A stretch of 64,000 nt of DNA from Gemmatimonadales bacterium (GTDB taxonomy: Bacteria; Gemmatimonadota; Gemmatimonadetes; Gemmatimonadales; GWC2-71-9). Both the position numbers and the translations under genes were made by a program. Below are positions 51,755-61,636 of the stretch, in pieces. The first letter of the stretch is position 1; the number at the start of each line of letters is the position of its first letter. The DNA is taken from the NCBI GenBank assembly GCA_037189525.1, contig JBBCJC010000005.1, positions 192,001-256,000 on the forward strand, given 5' to 3'. Below the pieces are notes generated by a model. The model saw only the letters and a list, made by a program, of their open reading frames with translations, had not been told where the DNA came from and did no database searches.

Positions 51755-53479
51755 TTAGCGGCAGAACGCCTTCTTCATCTGGGCAATCCGCTGCGGGTAG
51801 CTGGACTCCAACGACTGAATCCGCGATCCGACAGCTTCAGCCTGAATGGGCTGTCCCGCCCGCAACGCGGTGACCGTCTCGGAGATCCACTGCTCGAGTG
51901 CAGTAGCGCCCTCGCACGTCTTCGCCTCGACCGCGGCGGCATCCTTCGTGGGAATCTGTCCCAGCTTGCCGAAACCGAGAACGTAGCTCGCCAGCTGGTG
52001 CTGACGGGTTCCTTCGCGAAGTAGCGCCACTGCCCGGCTGCCGAACTGCTCGGCCAGCACGAAATCGACCGGCTCGGATTGCAGCACGGGCAAACCACCT
52101 TCCTGCGCCAGTACCGCGCCCAGTGTGGCCTTGTCCGTATCCTGCCCGCCCTGCTCGATGGCCCCGCCAACTTCGAGTGCCTCGGCGTACCGCTTTTCCT
52201 TGAGCAGCGCCCGGACGGCCCGGATCACGGGCGTAAGGTCCGACTTATCGGCCGCGACCAGACGGCGGGTGACCGCCACCAAGCTGTCAACCGGACCGGT
52301 CAGGGCATACGCCGAGGCGAGTTCGCCCAGGAAGTACCCGTTGTTCGGGAACTTGCCCACGGCGCGCTGCGACCACTTGAGGTATGCCGGCGCCTGGGCC
52401 GAGTCGCGCGAAGCGATGAACAGCATCTTCTGGAGATTCAGCGTGTCCATCTTGGTGGTGTCGAGCGTAAAGACGTGCTCGAGCGCTTCGAGGGCGCACT
52501 GATTCTTTTCCGGCTTTTCCTGCACCAGGCACGCCGTCGACAGCATGTTGTAGTTGTCCGGGTTCGACGGATCCCGGGCAATCGCTTCGCGGGCCTTCTC
52601 TTCGCCGATGTCCGGCTTGCCGGCGACGATGAAGAAGCGGACCGCGTCCTCGACCACGCGCTGGTTGTTCGGCGCGATCAGGATCAGCTGGCTGTAGGTC
52701 TCGATGATGTTGGTGGTGTCGCCCTTGGTCTGGTACTGACCCAACAGGCCGCCCCACGCCTCGAGGGAGAAGCGATCGCCCTCGGTGGCGTTCTTGTAGT
52801 GCGCGAGGATCTCGTCCGTCGGCGCCTTCCGGGCCACCGCCAGCTGCGCCAGGCAGAGCTCGGCCAGCGCGTGGTTCGGCTGGGCCCGGATGGCCTTGCG
52901 CGCGGCCTCGGCGGCCTTGCTCGGATTGGTCTGCGACTCTTCGTAGCAGGCCTTGGCGTCCGGCAGCGCGCTGAAGGCGCCGCGCATCGACTCCGCCAGC
53001 TTGGATCCCAGATCTTCCGGGCTCTGCCCCGCCACCTGCGTCATGGTGACGAGATGGCCGGTCTGATCGTTACCCGACAGGACCCGGGCTTCGACCTTGA
53101 GCTGCCCGCCTTCACGCGCCAGCGTGCTGATGATCGAGGCGCGGGCCTGCAACTGGGAGCCCAGCTGACGCGCCACCAGCGGCGGCAGCACGGCGTCCGG
53201 CGGATAGCCGTACTGGGTCAGCGCGTCGTTCATCTGATCGCGCTGAATGACCGTGAACCACCGGTCGGCGACGCCCTCGAGCTTGCTGCGCATACCCTGC
53301 CCGACCCGAACGGCCGGTGCAGAGTCCGCGGCAACGAAGGTGTGCGGGTTCGCCACCAAGAGGCGCGGGAGGTTGCGCTGTGGAGCCGCAGGACGGCTGG
53401 CCCGCAACTGCGCGGCGAGCGGGGCCGCCGCGCCGACCGTGAGAACACCAAGAACCAGGGGAGCAACACGCAAACGCAT
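51755..53479 (-). CDS. Secreted TPR-repeat protein
   Basis: Signal peptide and many helical TPR-like repeats. Confidence 0.8.
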   Translation of the reverse strand: MRLRVAPLVLGVLTVGAAAPLAAQLRASRPAAPQRNLPRLLVANPHTFVAADSAPAVRVGQGMRSKLEGVADRWFTVIQRDQMNDALTQYGYPPDAVLPPLVARQLGSQLQARASIISTLAREGGQLKVEARVLSGNDQTGHLVTMTQVAGQSPEDLGSKLAESMRGAFSALPDAKACYEESQTNPSKAAEAARKAIRAQPNHALAELCLAQLAVARKAPTDEILAHYKNATEGDRFSLEAWGGLLGQYQTKGDTTNIIETYSQLILIAPNNQRVVEDAVRFFIVAGKPDIGEEKAREAIARDPSNPDNYNMLSTACLVQEKPEKNQCALEALEHVFTLDTTKMDTLNLQKMLFIASRDSAQAPAYLKWSQRAVGKFPNNGYFLGELASAYALTGPVDSLVAVTRRLVAADKSDLTPVIRAVRALLKEKRYAEALEVGGAIEQGGQDTDKATLGAVLAQEGGLPVLQSEPVDFVLAEQFGSRAVALLREGTRQHQLASYVLGFGKLGQIPTKDAAAVEAKTCEGATALEQWISETVTALRAGQPIQAEAVGSRIQSLESSYPQRIAQMKKAFCR

Positions 53480-53552
53480 TCTGGACTTACCTCCCTACGA
53501 GGCCCATCCGAAGATCGGATGGCAGAGTGAGACGCCACCGTGGCGTCGAGCA

Positions 53553-53627
53553 TGGGCGAAGAGGGATTCGAACCCCCGACATCCTGCGTGTAAGGCAGGC
53601 GCTCTGGACCAGCTGAGCTATTCGCCC
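53553..53627 (-). tRNA. tRNA-Val(TAC)
   Basis: GGGCGAATAGCTCAGCTGGTCCAGAGCGCCTGCCTTACACGCAGGATGTCGGGGGTTCGAATCCCTCTTCGCCCA. Confidence 0.97.
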
Positions 53628-53725
53628 GCACGGTACCCTCGACGCTTGCCAATACAGGTCCGCCGTTACGGGGGAGACGCGTAATTGCGCGTACCCTGCA
53701 CGGCGGGACCGATTGTCAGCCGGGC

Positions 53726-53917
53726 CTATAACGCAATGGCCAAGGGAATGAGCACACAGTAACCGACGACGAGCAACACGGCCGCAACGCTCGCCTGACC
53801 TGCCGATAACGCAACGTACCCGGCTACGAGCACCAGAACGGCCATCGCCAAAACGACAACGTTCCGTCGCCCCAACAGGCTCCGGCGATTCTGTGGTGCT
53901 GCATCCGTTTGCGGCAT
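53726..53917 (-). CDS. Small two-TM membrane protein (DUF3098-like)
   Basis: Two hydrophobic segments; LLVVGYCVLIPLAI. Confidence 0.6.
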   Translation of the reverse strand: MPQTDAAPQNRRSLLGRRNVVVLAMAVLVLVAGYVALSAGQASVAAVLLVVGYCVLIPLAIAL

Positions 53918-53941
53918 AAGGTGATGAGGATATTCCGATCG

Positions 53942-54946
53942 CTACGTCCGGTCAAGCGTTGGAGCCGTTTCCTCGTCGCCAATTGAAACATCCCACCCGA
54001 TATCGAGCGCGGCGCGACGGGGGCGGTCCCTCCGCCGACGCCACCAGTACCCGAACACCAGCAACCCGCCGACCACCGACCAAATCCCGCCCGCCGCCAG
54101 CCACAGGCCCCAATTGTACCGACGGCGAACATCCCGCTGCCAGCCCTCGTCGAACCGATCCCGGGTGTAGCCGGCCGTCCGCACCACGGCGGAATCGAAC
54201 GGAACGCCCTGCGCCAGCTGGCCGAGCAGCGGTGCGAGCGTGCCGTCGCGGCTGCCGCGCGCCAGAAAGGCGACCGCACTCGCCGCCAGCGCGTAGGCCG
54301 TCTCCGCTTCATGCCGGTTGCCGCGCAGCGAATTGTTGAGCTCGCCGAGTGACGGCACCGCCCCGCGCATCACACCCAGATTGAGGGCCAGACGATCGAA
54401 CCGATCGAACTCCCCGGCGGCCAGCACCGCGTACCCTTCGTCGAACCAGAGCGGCACCCGGCCCCGGATCGATTGCCGCAGCGCAAAGTGCGCCAGTTCG
54501 TGCCGCAGGACCCGGACGGGATCGTCGCCGCCGTCGGCGCGCACCGCAATCAGCCGCGCACCCGGCAGCGCCAGCCCGACCCCCCAGCGCGGCACCTGCC
54601 CCCGCCCGGCCCGATGAAAGGCCGCTTCACCGCGCACGACCACCAGCGAGAGGGGGGTGACCGTGACGCGCCCCAAGCCATACCAGTCGCTCGGCCGGTC
54701 GGCGATTTCCGCGAGGGCCACGGCAAGATCGAGATCCCTGGCCTGGGCAATCGCCGTGACCTGGCCGACGGTGACGGCACTGGCCTCCGCGCCGACGAGA
54801 TCGCCGGCCAGCGACGAGAGACGGCTGCTGCGTTCGAGTGGCGGTGCTTGCTGCGCGAGTGTTGGAAGCGCCGTCAGGACGAGGCAGGCGGCGAGGAGCG
54901 CGGCACCGATTCGCCTCGCTCGACGGCTTCCAGCAGTTCCTGACAT
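53942..54946 (-). CDS. Peptidase MA-like zinc metallopeptidase, membrane anchored
   Basis: HELAH zinc motif, PLWFDEGYA, signal peptide, C-terminal TM. Start uncertain; overlaps the upstream TPR gene. Confidence 0.8.
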   Translation of the reverse strand: MSGTAGSRRARRIGAALLAACLVLTALPTLAQQAPPLERSSRLSSLAGDLVGAEASAVTVGQVTAIAQARDLDLAVALAEIADRPSDWYGLGRVTVTPLSLVVVRGEAAFHRAGRGQVPRWGVGLALPGARLIAVRADGGDDPVRVLRHELAHFALRQSIRGRVPLWFDEGYAVLAAGEFDRFDRLALNLGVMRGAVPSLGELNNSLRGNRHEAETAYALAASAVAFLARGSRDGTLAPLLGQLAQGVPFDSAVVRTAGYTRDRFDEGWQRDVRRRYNWGLWLAAGGIWSVVGGLLVFGYWWRRRRDRPRRAALDIGWDVSIGDEETAPTLDRT

Positions 54947-55749
54947 CGTTTGGCCCATGGCGCAAACCGATTGGCGTTGGCCCCCTTATGCCAGACGGCC
55001 TTAGCCCCCGCATGGTCTCCGGCAAACCACTTGGCCCGCCCGAGATCGTAGTAGGCTTCGATCAGATTGGGACCGAGCTGGATGGCTTTCTCGAAGAAGG
55101 TCTGCGCATCGAGATCCATTTCCCGCTCGAGGTACACCAGGCCCAGGTAATAGTGGGCGTAGAGTACCGCCTTCCGATCGTTGTCGAGGCGGATGGCCCG
55201 GGAGAGATGCTCGATGGCCTCCCCGAAGATCCGCTTCTTGAGACAAATGTAACCGACATTGACCCGGGCCAGTGCATTGGTGGGCTCCTCCGCGAGGACC
55301 CGCGAAAAGGCCGCCAGCGCCTCGTCGAACTTGTGGCCCAGCATCTGGGCCCAGCCCAGCAGCGAGGCGGCCTGCAGATCGCCCGGCGCCAGCTCGAGCG
55401 CCCGGGTCAGCGCTTGCTCGGCAGCGGCGTGGTCGCCCAGCGCGATCAGCGACCAGCCCTTCTCGATGAAGGTCGACGCGCCGAGATGATCGGCTCGGAC
55501 CAGCGGCCGCCGCTCGACCATCTGGGGGTCGCGGGTGGTCTCGGCCGTTCCCTGCTTGTAGCTCTCGACCAGGCCCTTGATCCGCTCCCGGAGCGACTCG
55601 AAGTGGTTGAGCGCCGCTTCGGTTTCCTTGTAGATGGCCACGATCCGACGCTTGATCTGCTCCCGCACCACGGGCGTCGCCGCCTGCCCGACCTGGGCTT
55701 CCAGCGCGGCAATTTCCCGCTCGATCGGCCCCGCCGCGCGCTCCGTCAC
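54874..55749 (-). CDS. Coiled-coil plus TPR repeat protein
   Basis: N-terminal coiled coil; TPR motifs (AHYYLGLVYL, AYYDLGRA). Confidence 0.85.
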   Translation of the reverse strand: MTERAAGPIEREIAALEAQVGQAATPVVREQIKRRIVAIYKETEAALNHFESLRERIKGLVESYKQGTAETTRDPQMVERRPLVRADHLGASTFIEKGWSLIALGDHAAAEQALTRALELAPGDLQAASLLGWAQMLGHKFDEALAAFSRVLAEEPTNALARVNVGYICLKKRIFGEAIEHLSRAIRLDNDRKAVLYAHYYLGLVYLEREMDLDAQTFFEKAIQLGPNLIEAYYDLGRAKWFAGDHAGAKAVWHKGANANRFAPWAKRCQELLEAVERGESVPRSSPPASS

Positions 55750-56234
55750 AGCACCTGTCCCGACCGGTTGTAGGATGTGATCGTGATTCGGCCACTGGCC
55801 AGGTCGAAATCGGCGGTCCGCCCGAAATCGCCCCCGACGGCTTCACCGACCAGGCGAATGCCCAACCGATGCAGCACCTCGCGCGCCGCGACCACGTTGC
55901 GATCGCCCATTTGAATTGACCCTGGCGGCGTCAGGGAGACAAACATGCTGGCACCGCCGACCAGGCGCGCCGTGATGGTCGGTGCCCGAGCCCCCCGCGC
56001 AATCATCCGCTCCAGCAGTTCGGGCGCCGCCGTCTGCGCATAGCGTCCGGGTTGGCCGGTTACCCGGCCCATGGCCTGCGAGGGCAGCAGCGCATGGGCG
56101 AGCCCGCCGATCCGGGTCGTCGCATCGTGCAGCACGATAGCTACGCAGCTGCCGAGCGCCACCGCCACCAGCCGGGCCGGCGCGTCGGTCACCAGCAGTT
56201 CCCCGACCCGAACGACGAGACGCGGCGTCGTCAT
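55746..56234 (-). CDS. cheD: Chemoreceptor glutamine deamidase CheD
   Basis: LGSCVAI and GGLAHALLP (Cys/His), GGASMF, GDRN, VGGDFGRT. Confidence 0.92.
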   Translation of the reverse strand: MTTPRLVVRVGELLVTDAPARLVAVALGSCVAIVLHDATTRIGGLAHALLPSQAMGRVTGQPGRYAQTAAPELLERMIARGARAPTITARLVGGASMFVSLTPPGSIQMGDRNVVAAREVLHRLGIRLVGEAVGGDFGRTADFDLASGRITITSYNRSGQVL

Positions 56235-57019
56235 CGGACCCTCCGGTAGATCCGCTCGCGGCGGTCGACCGGCTCGAGCCGTGGCGCCACGGCCCACGCC
56301 GCCAGTTCGGCCTTGCCCAGCACCAGCAGCCCGCCCGGACGGAGCGCATCCACCAGCCCCGTCAGGATCCGTTCCTGCGCAGCTTCGGTGAAATAGATCA
56401 GCACGTTGCGGCACAGGATCAGATCGCAGCCGGTCCGTTCACCGGGCCGGGTCAGGTCCGCCTGGCGGAATCGGATCGCCTCGCGCCAGATGGCTGGCAT
56501 GACCAGGCCGTCCGGCTCGACCGTCAGCGGCGCATCGGGGACCATACTCGCGAGAGCGGCCCGCATCCTGACCGGATAGCGGCCCGGCACCGCCACCGCG
56601 AGCGAGCGGGCGTCGAGATCGGTGGCGTCGATCTGCCAGGCTCCCGGTTGGGGCCGCTGCCGCCAGAGGAGCGCAGCGAGCGACCAGGCTTCCTCACCAG
56701 TTGCGCACCCGGCGCTCCACGCCGCGAGCGGCCGACCCGATGGCCAGCTGAGCAGCGGACCCAGCGCGGACCAGACCGACGGGTTCCGGAAAAAGCCGGT
56801 GACATTGACGGTGAGCGCCGCCGCAAGCCGGCTCCGCTCCGCGGCGTCGTGATCGAGCAGATCGGCATACGCGGCCGGATCGGCCACTCCGCACGCCCGC
56901 CACCTGATCCGGAGCCGCCGGTCGAAGTACGCCGGCTTGCACCAGGTCAACGCCTCGGCGCCGACAGCTGCCAGATGCGCATGGATCCGCTCCACGGACG
57001 AGTCGACGGCGGTCATCAT
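56231..57019 (-). CDS. cheR: Protein-glutamate O-methyltransferase CheR
   Basis: NVTGFFRN, WSAGCATGEEAWSLA, ATDLD, DLILCRNVLIYF, GKAE. Confidence 0.93.
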   Translation of the reverse strand: MMTAVDSSVERIHAHLAAVGAEALTWCKPAYFDRRLRIRWRACGVADPAAYADLLDHDAAERSRLAAALTVNVTGFFRNPSVWSALGPLLSWPSGRPLAAWSAGCATGEEAWSLAALLWRQRPQPGAWQIDATDLDARSLAVAVPGRYPVRMRAALASMVPDAPLTVEPDGLVMPAIWREAIRFRQADLTRPGERTGCDLILCRNVLIYFTEAAQERILTGLVDALRPGGLLVLGKAELAAWAVAPRLEPVDRRERIYRRVR

Positions 57020-58632
57020 CCGGACACCGGCAACAGTTCGAGATTGGCGCGGGCGAGCTGATGGCCGGGATTGAGCCGAACCGCCTGGGCCCAATGCTCG
57101 CGCGCCTGATCGGCGGCGCGACGCCGGAAGGCCAGGTTGCCGAGTTTGAAGAAGAGGTCGTCGCCCAACTCCGGGGCGAGCACGGCAGCGCGGTCGTAGT
57201 GCTGGGTGGCCTCATCGTAACGCCCCGAGCGATAGAGCAGATCGCCCAGGTTCTTGTGGAGCTGGGGGAGCGCCGGGTCGTCGGTCGCGGTTTCACGCAG
57301 CAGAGTCTCGGCGCCGGCGACATCACCGGTGGCCTCGAGCAGGACGGCCAGGTTGTTCCGCAGGACCGGATGGGCGGGATGCGCACCAACTCCGTCTCGG
57401 GCCAGCGCCAGCGCCGGCTCCAACTGCTCCTGCATGGCAAGCGCGAGCACCGCAGCAAAGTACCAGAGCGGCGGCGGGGTACCGGTCTCGAGTTCACGCA
57501 CGCGTTCGAGCCGCGCCCAGGCCACCGCCGGATCGTCGCGCCTGAGTCCGAGCAGGGCCCAATTGACGAAGACCATCCGGTTGTCCGGCAGCCGGCCCGC
57601 GGCCTCGGCGAACATGGCGTCGGCCTGGTCGAGCCGGCCGACCTCTTCGAGCGCGATGGCCAGGTTGTGCATCACCTGTCCCCGCGGCCCGGCCCGATCG
57701 AGCGACTGGCGGAACGAATCGACCGCCTCCGACCAGCGTCCCTGCCGTCCGGCAATCACGCCGAGCAGAAAGGGCGCCGCACCTTCCGACGGTCTCAACT
57801 CGATGACGCGACGCAATTCCCGCGCGGCTTCCTCCAGCATACCGCTGCGCAGGAATGCGACCCCCAGGTTGCGATGCTCTTCGATCTGCGCTTCGAGGAG
57901 ACGAGACGGTGTCGTCTTGGACGACATCCCGATCCGCTGCGCCAGCCCGGCGGTAATCAGTCCGAACAACGCCTGCCCAGCCTCGAAGTCGGAGAGGCCG
58001 GAGGCATCGATTACTTCCCGGGTGTCCCGGACGCCATCGATCAGCGGCAGCAAGCGGCGCTGCGCTTCGGTAAAACTCAAAGTCTCGTTGGCCAGCAGCG
58101 AGCGATCCAGCGCGAAGATCAGATCGAAGCTGGGGACCTTCTTTTCGATCAGGCTCCACTCGTCGATGCGGCGCGCGCCCTCGAGCAGGAGATTCTCGGG
58201 ATTGATCCGATCGAGATCGCCCTCCATCTCGGGACGGAGGCCGGCATCGAAGGTGAACGTCCCGGTGGTCCAAGCGAAGAGGGTGTAGACCGCCTCGTCG
58301 ATCTGGAATCGAAGGACCCGCTTCAGTTCGTCCGGAGCAATCGCGCCCAGGCTGACGAGGATCTCTCCGAGCCGCCGGCCGCGGGCGCCGTGCTGCAGCG
58401 CCAGCGCCTGATCGAGCTGCTCGCGCGTGATGGCGCCGGTGTTGAGCAGGATGTCGCCGATCCGATCTCGCCGGTTGACGATGGTGGCGTAGGTGATCCA
58501 GCCGTCCTCGAAGTAAATCGACCCGAACTGCTGCCGGTCGCTCAGCGCGAGACAGCCGGTCCGGCGGCCGAAGAAGAGCAGCTGGACCACGTCCGGCAGG
58601 CTGGCCTCTTTGAGGCTCCCTTTGATGGCCAT
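57016..58632 (-). CDS. DUF4388 + MshEN-like + TPR protein
   Basis: GSLKEASLPDVVQLL...TGCL (DUF4388), tandem RxG...G..LxxxLxxQ motifs, LLLEGARRIDEW, C-terminal TPRs. Confidence 0.85.
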   Translation of the reverse strand: MAIKGSLKEASLPDVVQLLFFGRRTGCLALSDRQQFGSIYFEDGWITYATIVNRRDRIGDILLNTGAITREQLDQALALQHGARGRRLGEILVSLGAIAPDELKRVLRFQIDEAVYTLFAWTTGTFTFDAGLRPEMEGDLDRINPENLLLEGARRIDEWSLIEKKVPSFDLIFALDRSLLANETLSFTEAQRRLLPLIDGVRDTREVIDASGLSDFEAGQALFGLITAGLAQRIGMSSKTTPSRLLEAQIEEHRNLGVAFLRSGMLEEAARELRRVIELRPSEGAAPFLLGVIAGRQGRWSEAVDSFRQSLDRAGPRGQVMHNLAIALEEVGRLDQADAMFAEAAGRLPDNRMVFVNWALLGLRRDDPAVAWARLERVRELETGTPPPLWYFAAVLALAMQEQLEPALALARDGVGAHPAHPVLRNNLAVLLEATGDVAGAETLLRETATDDPALPQLHKNLGDLLYRSGRYDEATQHYDRAAVLAPELGDDLFFKLGNLAFRRRAADQAREHWAQAVRLNPGHQLARANLELLPVSG

Positions 58633-60572
58633 CAGCCGAGCTCCGTGAGCAGGCGCTCACCGGCAACCGGCCAGACATGGATCATCTTTTCCGGGCTGCG
58701 CACGATACCCATTCCCGGGGACAGGATTCCGCTGCGGGCGCCGAGCGGGCGGCGTTCACGCCGCGGCGTCTTGCCTTCCACGGTATCCAGCGTCTCCCGC
58801 GCCAGCGCAGCTGACGGTACGGTATGCGCCGCCTCCGCTTCGACCATGACGCGATGCACGATGCCCTGCACCGCCCGCACCGAATCGGCGGGGCGGCCCG
58901 CCAGGAAATCGATCAGACCGACATCGTTGGCGGCCGGCGTGTCTGCAAGGAGCGAGCGCACCACGGCGAGGCGAACTTCCCGATCGGGGCTCCGCACATC
59001 GACGACCGTACCGCCCTCGAGGCGATTGAGCAGCCGCGGATCGAACCCGGCCAGATCGGACAGGGCCCGCGCGCTGGTAAAGACCATCGGACGGCCGCCC
59101 TCCTCGAGCGCCGCATAGATCTGCAGCAGCTCCGCATGCGCCCGCGGCTCGTTGGCCAGCAGGTGGATGTCGTCGATCAGGAGGGCCGCGACCCACTGGT
59201 ACCGGGCCCGCCACTGCGCGACCTCCTCGGGCGTGGTGAGCGACGCCAGCTCACCAAGCAGACTGTGCGCCGAAAGGCAGGCAATCGGCGCCAGGCCGCG
59301 ATGAGCGAGCGCATTGCCGAGCCCGTGGAGCAGATGGGTCTTTCCAACTCCGCTCGGCCCGGCGAGCACCAGCGGGTTGTGACGGGCGCCCGGCTCCGCG
59401 ACGATCGACGCGAGGGTCTCCAGCGCAACCCGATTGGAAGCGCCGACCCCGATGGTCGCCAGGGTCAGGTCCGGCAGCGGCGCGGACAACGGCGCACGAC
59501 GGGTCCGCGCTTCGGCGACGAGGCGACGGGCCGCTACCAGTTGATCCGGATCACGCAAGACATCGGCACCTGCCAGGTCCGGAGCCAGGACTGCGATTTC
59601 GGCCGCCAGCTGGACCAGTTCGTTGGCATCGCGCTCGAAGGCGTCGAGCACCGGCTCGGGATCGCCCGGGCCCTCTTCGGCCAGCAGGCGTTCCAGTCGC
59701 CCGGTGCGCATCCCGGCGCCCTGCCAGAGGGCCACGGCGTCCCGTAGCTTGCCGCGCCAATGATCGAACTGTTCAGAGACGTTGGCGACGACTTCCGTCA
59801 GGAATTCGTCGAACTCTCCCGCAGCGAACTCCTGCGACGCCGTGCCGCTGCCATCGACCGAAACGGCAGCCGTTCGTTCGAGCCCCACCAGCGCCAAAGC
59901 GTCATCGACTGGAATCGGCGTCGGGGTGGTCTCCTGCACCGCCAGGATGCGATTGAGCGCGCCGAGATATTCCTTGACCGAGCCGAGTTCCGCTTCGGCC
60001 AGCGCGGTCACGACGCCGGGCAGCAGGTCGAGACCGGCCTCGGCAATACGCCGATCGAGGATTTGCGCCCGCGCCGCCGCGCCCGGCAGCCCCAACTCCA
60101 CGGTCGAAGCATCGCGCAGCCGGCGGACTAGGCGGGCATCGAGCCCGGTCAACTGGGCCAACGGACGCGCAGCCGTCACGACCGTCGCGAGCCCCGCAGC
60201 CAGCCGGCTTTCGAGCACGTCGAACACGAACGACTGCACCGCCAGTTGTCGCTCGATCATCTCGAGATCGTCGAGCAAGACAATTTCGGCGCGGAGCAGC
60301 CGCTCCCTCAACGCGACGCCCGCATCCGCCAACCCGCGGCTCTGAACATGCTCGGCCAGACGGCTCAAGGTGACCAGTTCGACCTGGCGCGGCGGAGTCG
60401 CTCCGGCCACCCGATCGCGAATCGAGCGCAGCAAGTGCGTCTTGCCGGAGCCCCGGGCGCCGATGATCAGCAGCAGGAAATGCGCGCGCGGTGACTCCGC
60501 CACCATCCGGGCCGCAGCAAACGCAGCGCGGGTGGCCGGATCAGGCACCAGGGACGCAAACGGGTCGGTCAC
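58632..60572 (-). CDS. Tandem DnaA/Hda-like AAA+ ATPase protein lacking the DNA-binding domain IV
   Basis: Two modules: GARGSGKTHLL/LLDDLE and NPLVLAGPSGVGKTHLL/LIDDIH, plus DPRLLNRLEGG. Confidence 0.85.
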   Translation of the reverse strand: MTDPFASLVPDPATRAAFAAARMVAESPRAHFLLLIIGARGSGKTHLLRSIRDRVAGATPPRQVELVTLSRLAEHVQSRGLADAGVALRERLLRAEIVLLDDLEMIERQLAVQSFVFDVLESRLAAGLATVVTAARPLAQLTGLDARLVRRLRDASTVELGLPGAAARAQILDRRIAEAGLDLLPGVVTALAEAELGSVKEYLGALNRILAVQETTPTPIPVDDALALVGLERTAAVSVDGSGTASQEFAAGEFDEFLTEVVANVSEQFDHWRGKLRDAVALWQGAGMRTGRLERLLAEEGPGDPEPVLDAFERDANELVQLAAEIAVLAPDLAGADVLRDPDQLVAARRLVAEARTRRAPLSAPLPDLTLATIGVGASNRVALETLASIVAEPGARHNPLVLAGPSGVGKTHLLHGLGNALAHRGLAPIACLSAHSLLGELASLTTPEEVAQWRARYQWVAALLIDDIHLLANEPRAHAELLQIYAALEEGGRPMVFTSARALSDLAGFDPRLLNRLEGGTVVDVRSPDREVRLAVVRSLLADTPAANDVGLIDFLAGRPADSVRAVQGIVHRVMVEAEAAHTVPSAALARETLDTVEGKTPRRERRPLGARSGILSPGMGIVRSPEKMIHVWPVAGERLLTELG

Positions 60573-61171
60573 AGCGTCGGGGGGCGCGCCGCCAGCCGCT
60601 GCAGCACGATGGTCGACAGCGCTTTCAAGGTCTCGAATACCCCGGTTCCGTGCAGCGCGTCGGCGGCTAGGCTGGGCACCGAGCGGAAGTTGAACGCCTC
60701 GTCCATCTCATCCGGCGTCAACACGAGGTCGGACGGCAGGTCCTGCTTGTTGTACTGCAGCACCAGCGGAAGCTGGCGGATGTCAACGCCTTGCTCCAGC
60801 AGATTTTCCTGGAGGTTCTGAAAGCTCTCGACATTTTCGTCGAAGCGGCGCGCCTGGCTGTCGGCCACGAAGACCACGCCATCGGCCCCTTGCAGCACCA
60901 GGCGCCGGGTCGCGTTGTAATAGACCTGGCCCGGCACGGTATAGAGCTGGAATCGCGTCGTGAACCCGGAAATGACGCCCAGTTCGATCGGCAGGAAATC
61001 GAAGAACAGCGTCCGATCCGCCTGCGTGGCAAGCGACACCATCCGCCCCCGCCGCGCTTCGGGAACGCGGCCGTGGATATACTGCAAATTGGTCGTCTTC
61101 CCGCAGCGGCCGGGCCCGTAGTAGACCAGCTTGCAGGTGATTTCGCGGGCGGTAAAGTTGACGAGAGGCAT
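60569..61171 (-). CDS. mglA: MglA family small Ras-like GTPase
   Basis: KLVYYGPGRCGKTTNL, DRTLFFDFLP, YTVPGQVYYNATR, GADGVVFVADSQ, YNKQDLP. Confidence 0.96.
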   Translation of the reverse strand: MPLVNFTAREITCKLVYYGPGRCGKTTNLQYIHGRVPEARRGRMVSLATQADRTLFFDFLPIELGVISGFTTRFQLYTVPGQVYYNATRRLVLQGADGVVFVADSQARRFDENVESFQNLQENLLEQGVDIRQLPLVLQYNKQDLPSDLVLTPDEMDEAFNFRSVPSLAADALHGTGVFETLKALSTIVLQRLAARPPTL

Positions 61172-61174
61172 AGT

Positions 61175-61636
61175 TTACCGTCCGAAGAGCGCGCGGAGGC
61201 TCGAGTCGAGATCCTCTTCGAACGTCTCGGCCAGGACCTGACGGGCTGGCGGATCGCGCGGCGCCACCTTGACCAGGTCGTCGATCATCCGGCCAAAGAA
61301 GAGCTGCACCATGCCGAGCGAGGTATCCGGGCCGAAGACCGCCAGACCGATCCACTGCGCGTCGGGCATCGCAAAGGGAGCCAGGTAGACCCCGGTGCGC
61401 GAACTGTGATGCACCACCGCGCCGAACTCGCCGGCCTGCATTTCCGACGCAATGGCGCGCGTCGACGCCACGATCCCGGCCCCCAGCGCAGCTGCCGTCA
61501 TCACATCGAGCGACCGGGTGAAGCCGTGCTGCGCCACGACCTGGCCCGACGACGTCATCAGGAGCGCAATCCGCACCTGCGACTCGGCCACGAAGGTCGC
61601 CAGCGGCGATTCGACCCAGGGTTCGATGGTCCGCAT
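61175..61636 (-). CDS. mglB: MglB-like roadblock/LC7 protein
   Basis: Roadblock pattern (ALLMTSSGQVVAQ, AAALGAG, SLGMV), acidic C-terminal helix, adjacent to mglA. Confidence 0.8.
   Translation of the reverse strand: MRTIEPWVESPLATFVAESQVRIALLMTSSGQVVAQHGFTRSLDVMTAAALGAGIVASTRAIASEMQAGEFGAVVHHSSRTGVYLAPFAMPDAQWIGLAVFGPDTSLGMVQLFFGRMIDDLVKVAPRDPPARQVLAETFEEDLDSSLRALFGR

Noticed and set aside
51624..53627. Genomic island integrated at tRNA-Asp or tRNA-Val
   Set aside because: No integrase, no duplicated tRNA 3' end, and flanking genes have host-like composition.
58632..60572. Chromosomal dnaA/oriC
   Set aside because: No domain IV, duplicated ATPase domain, no dnaN neighbour, and no DnaA-box cluster noticed.
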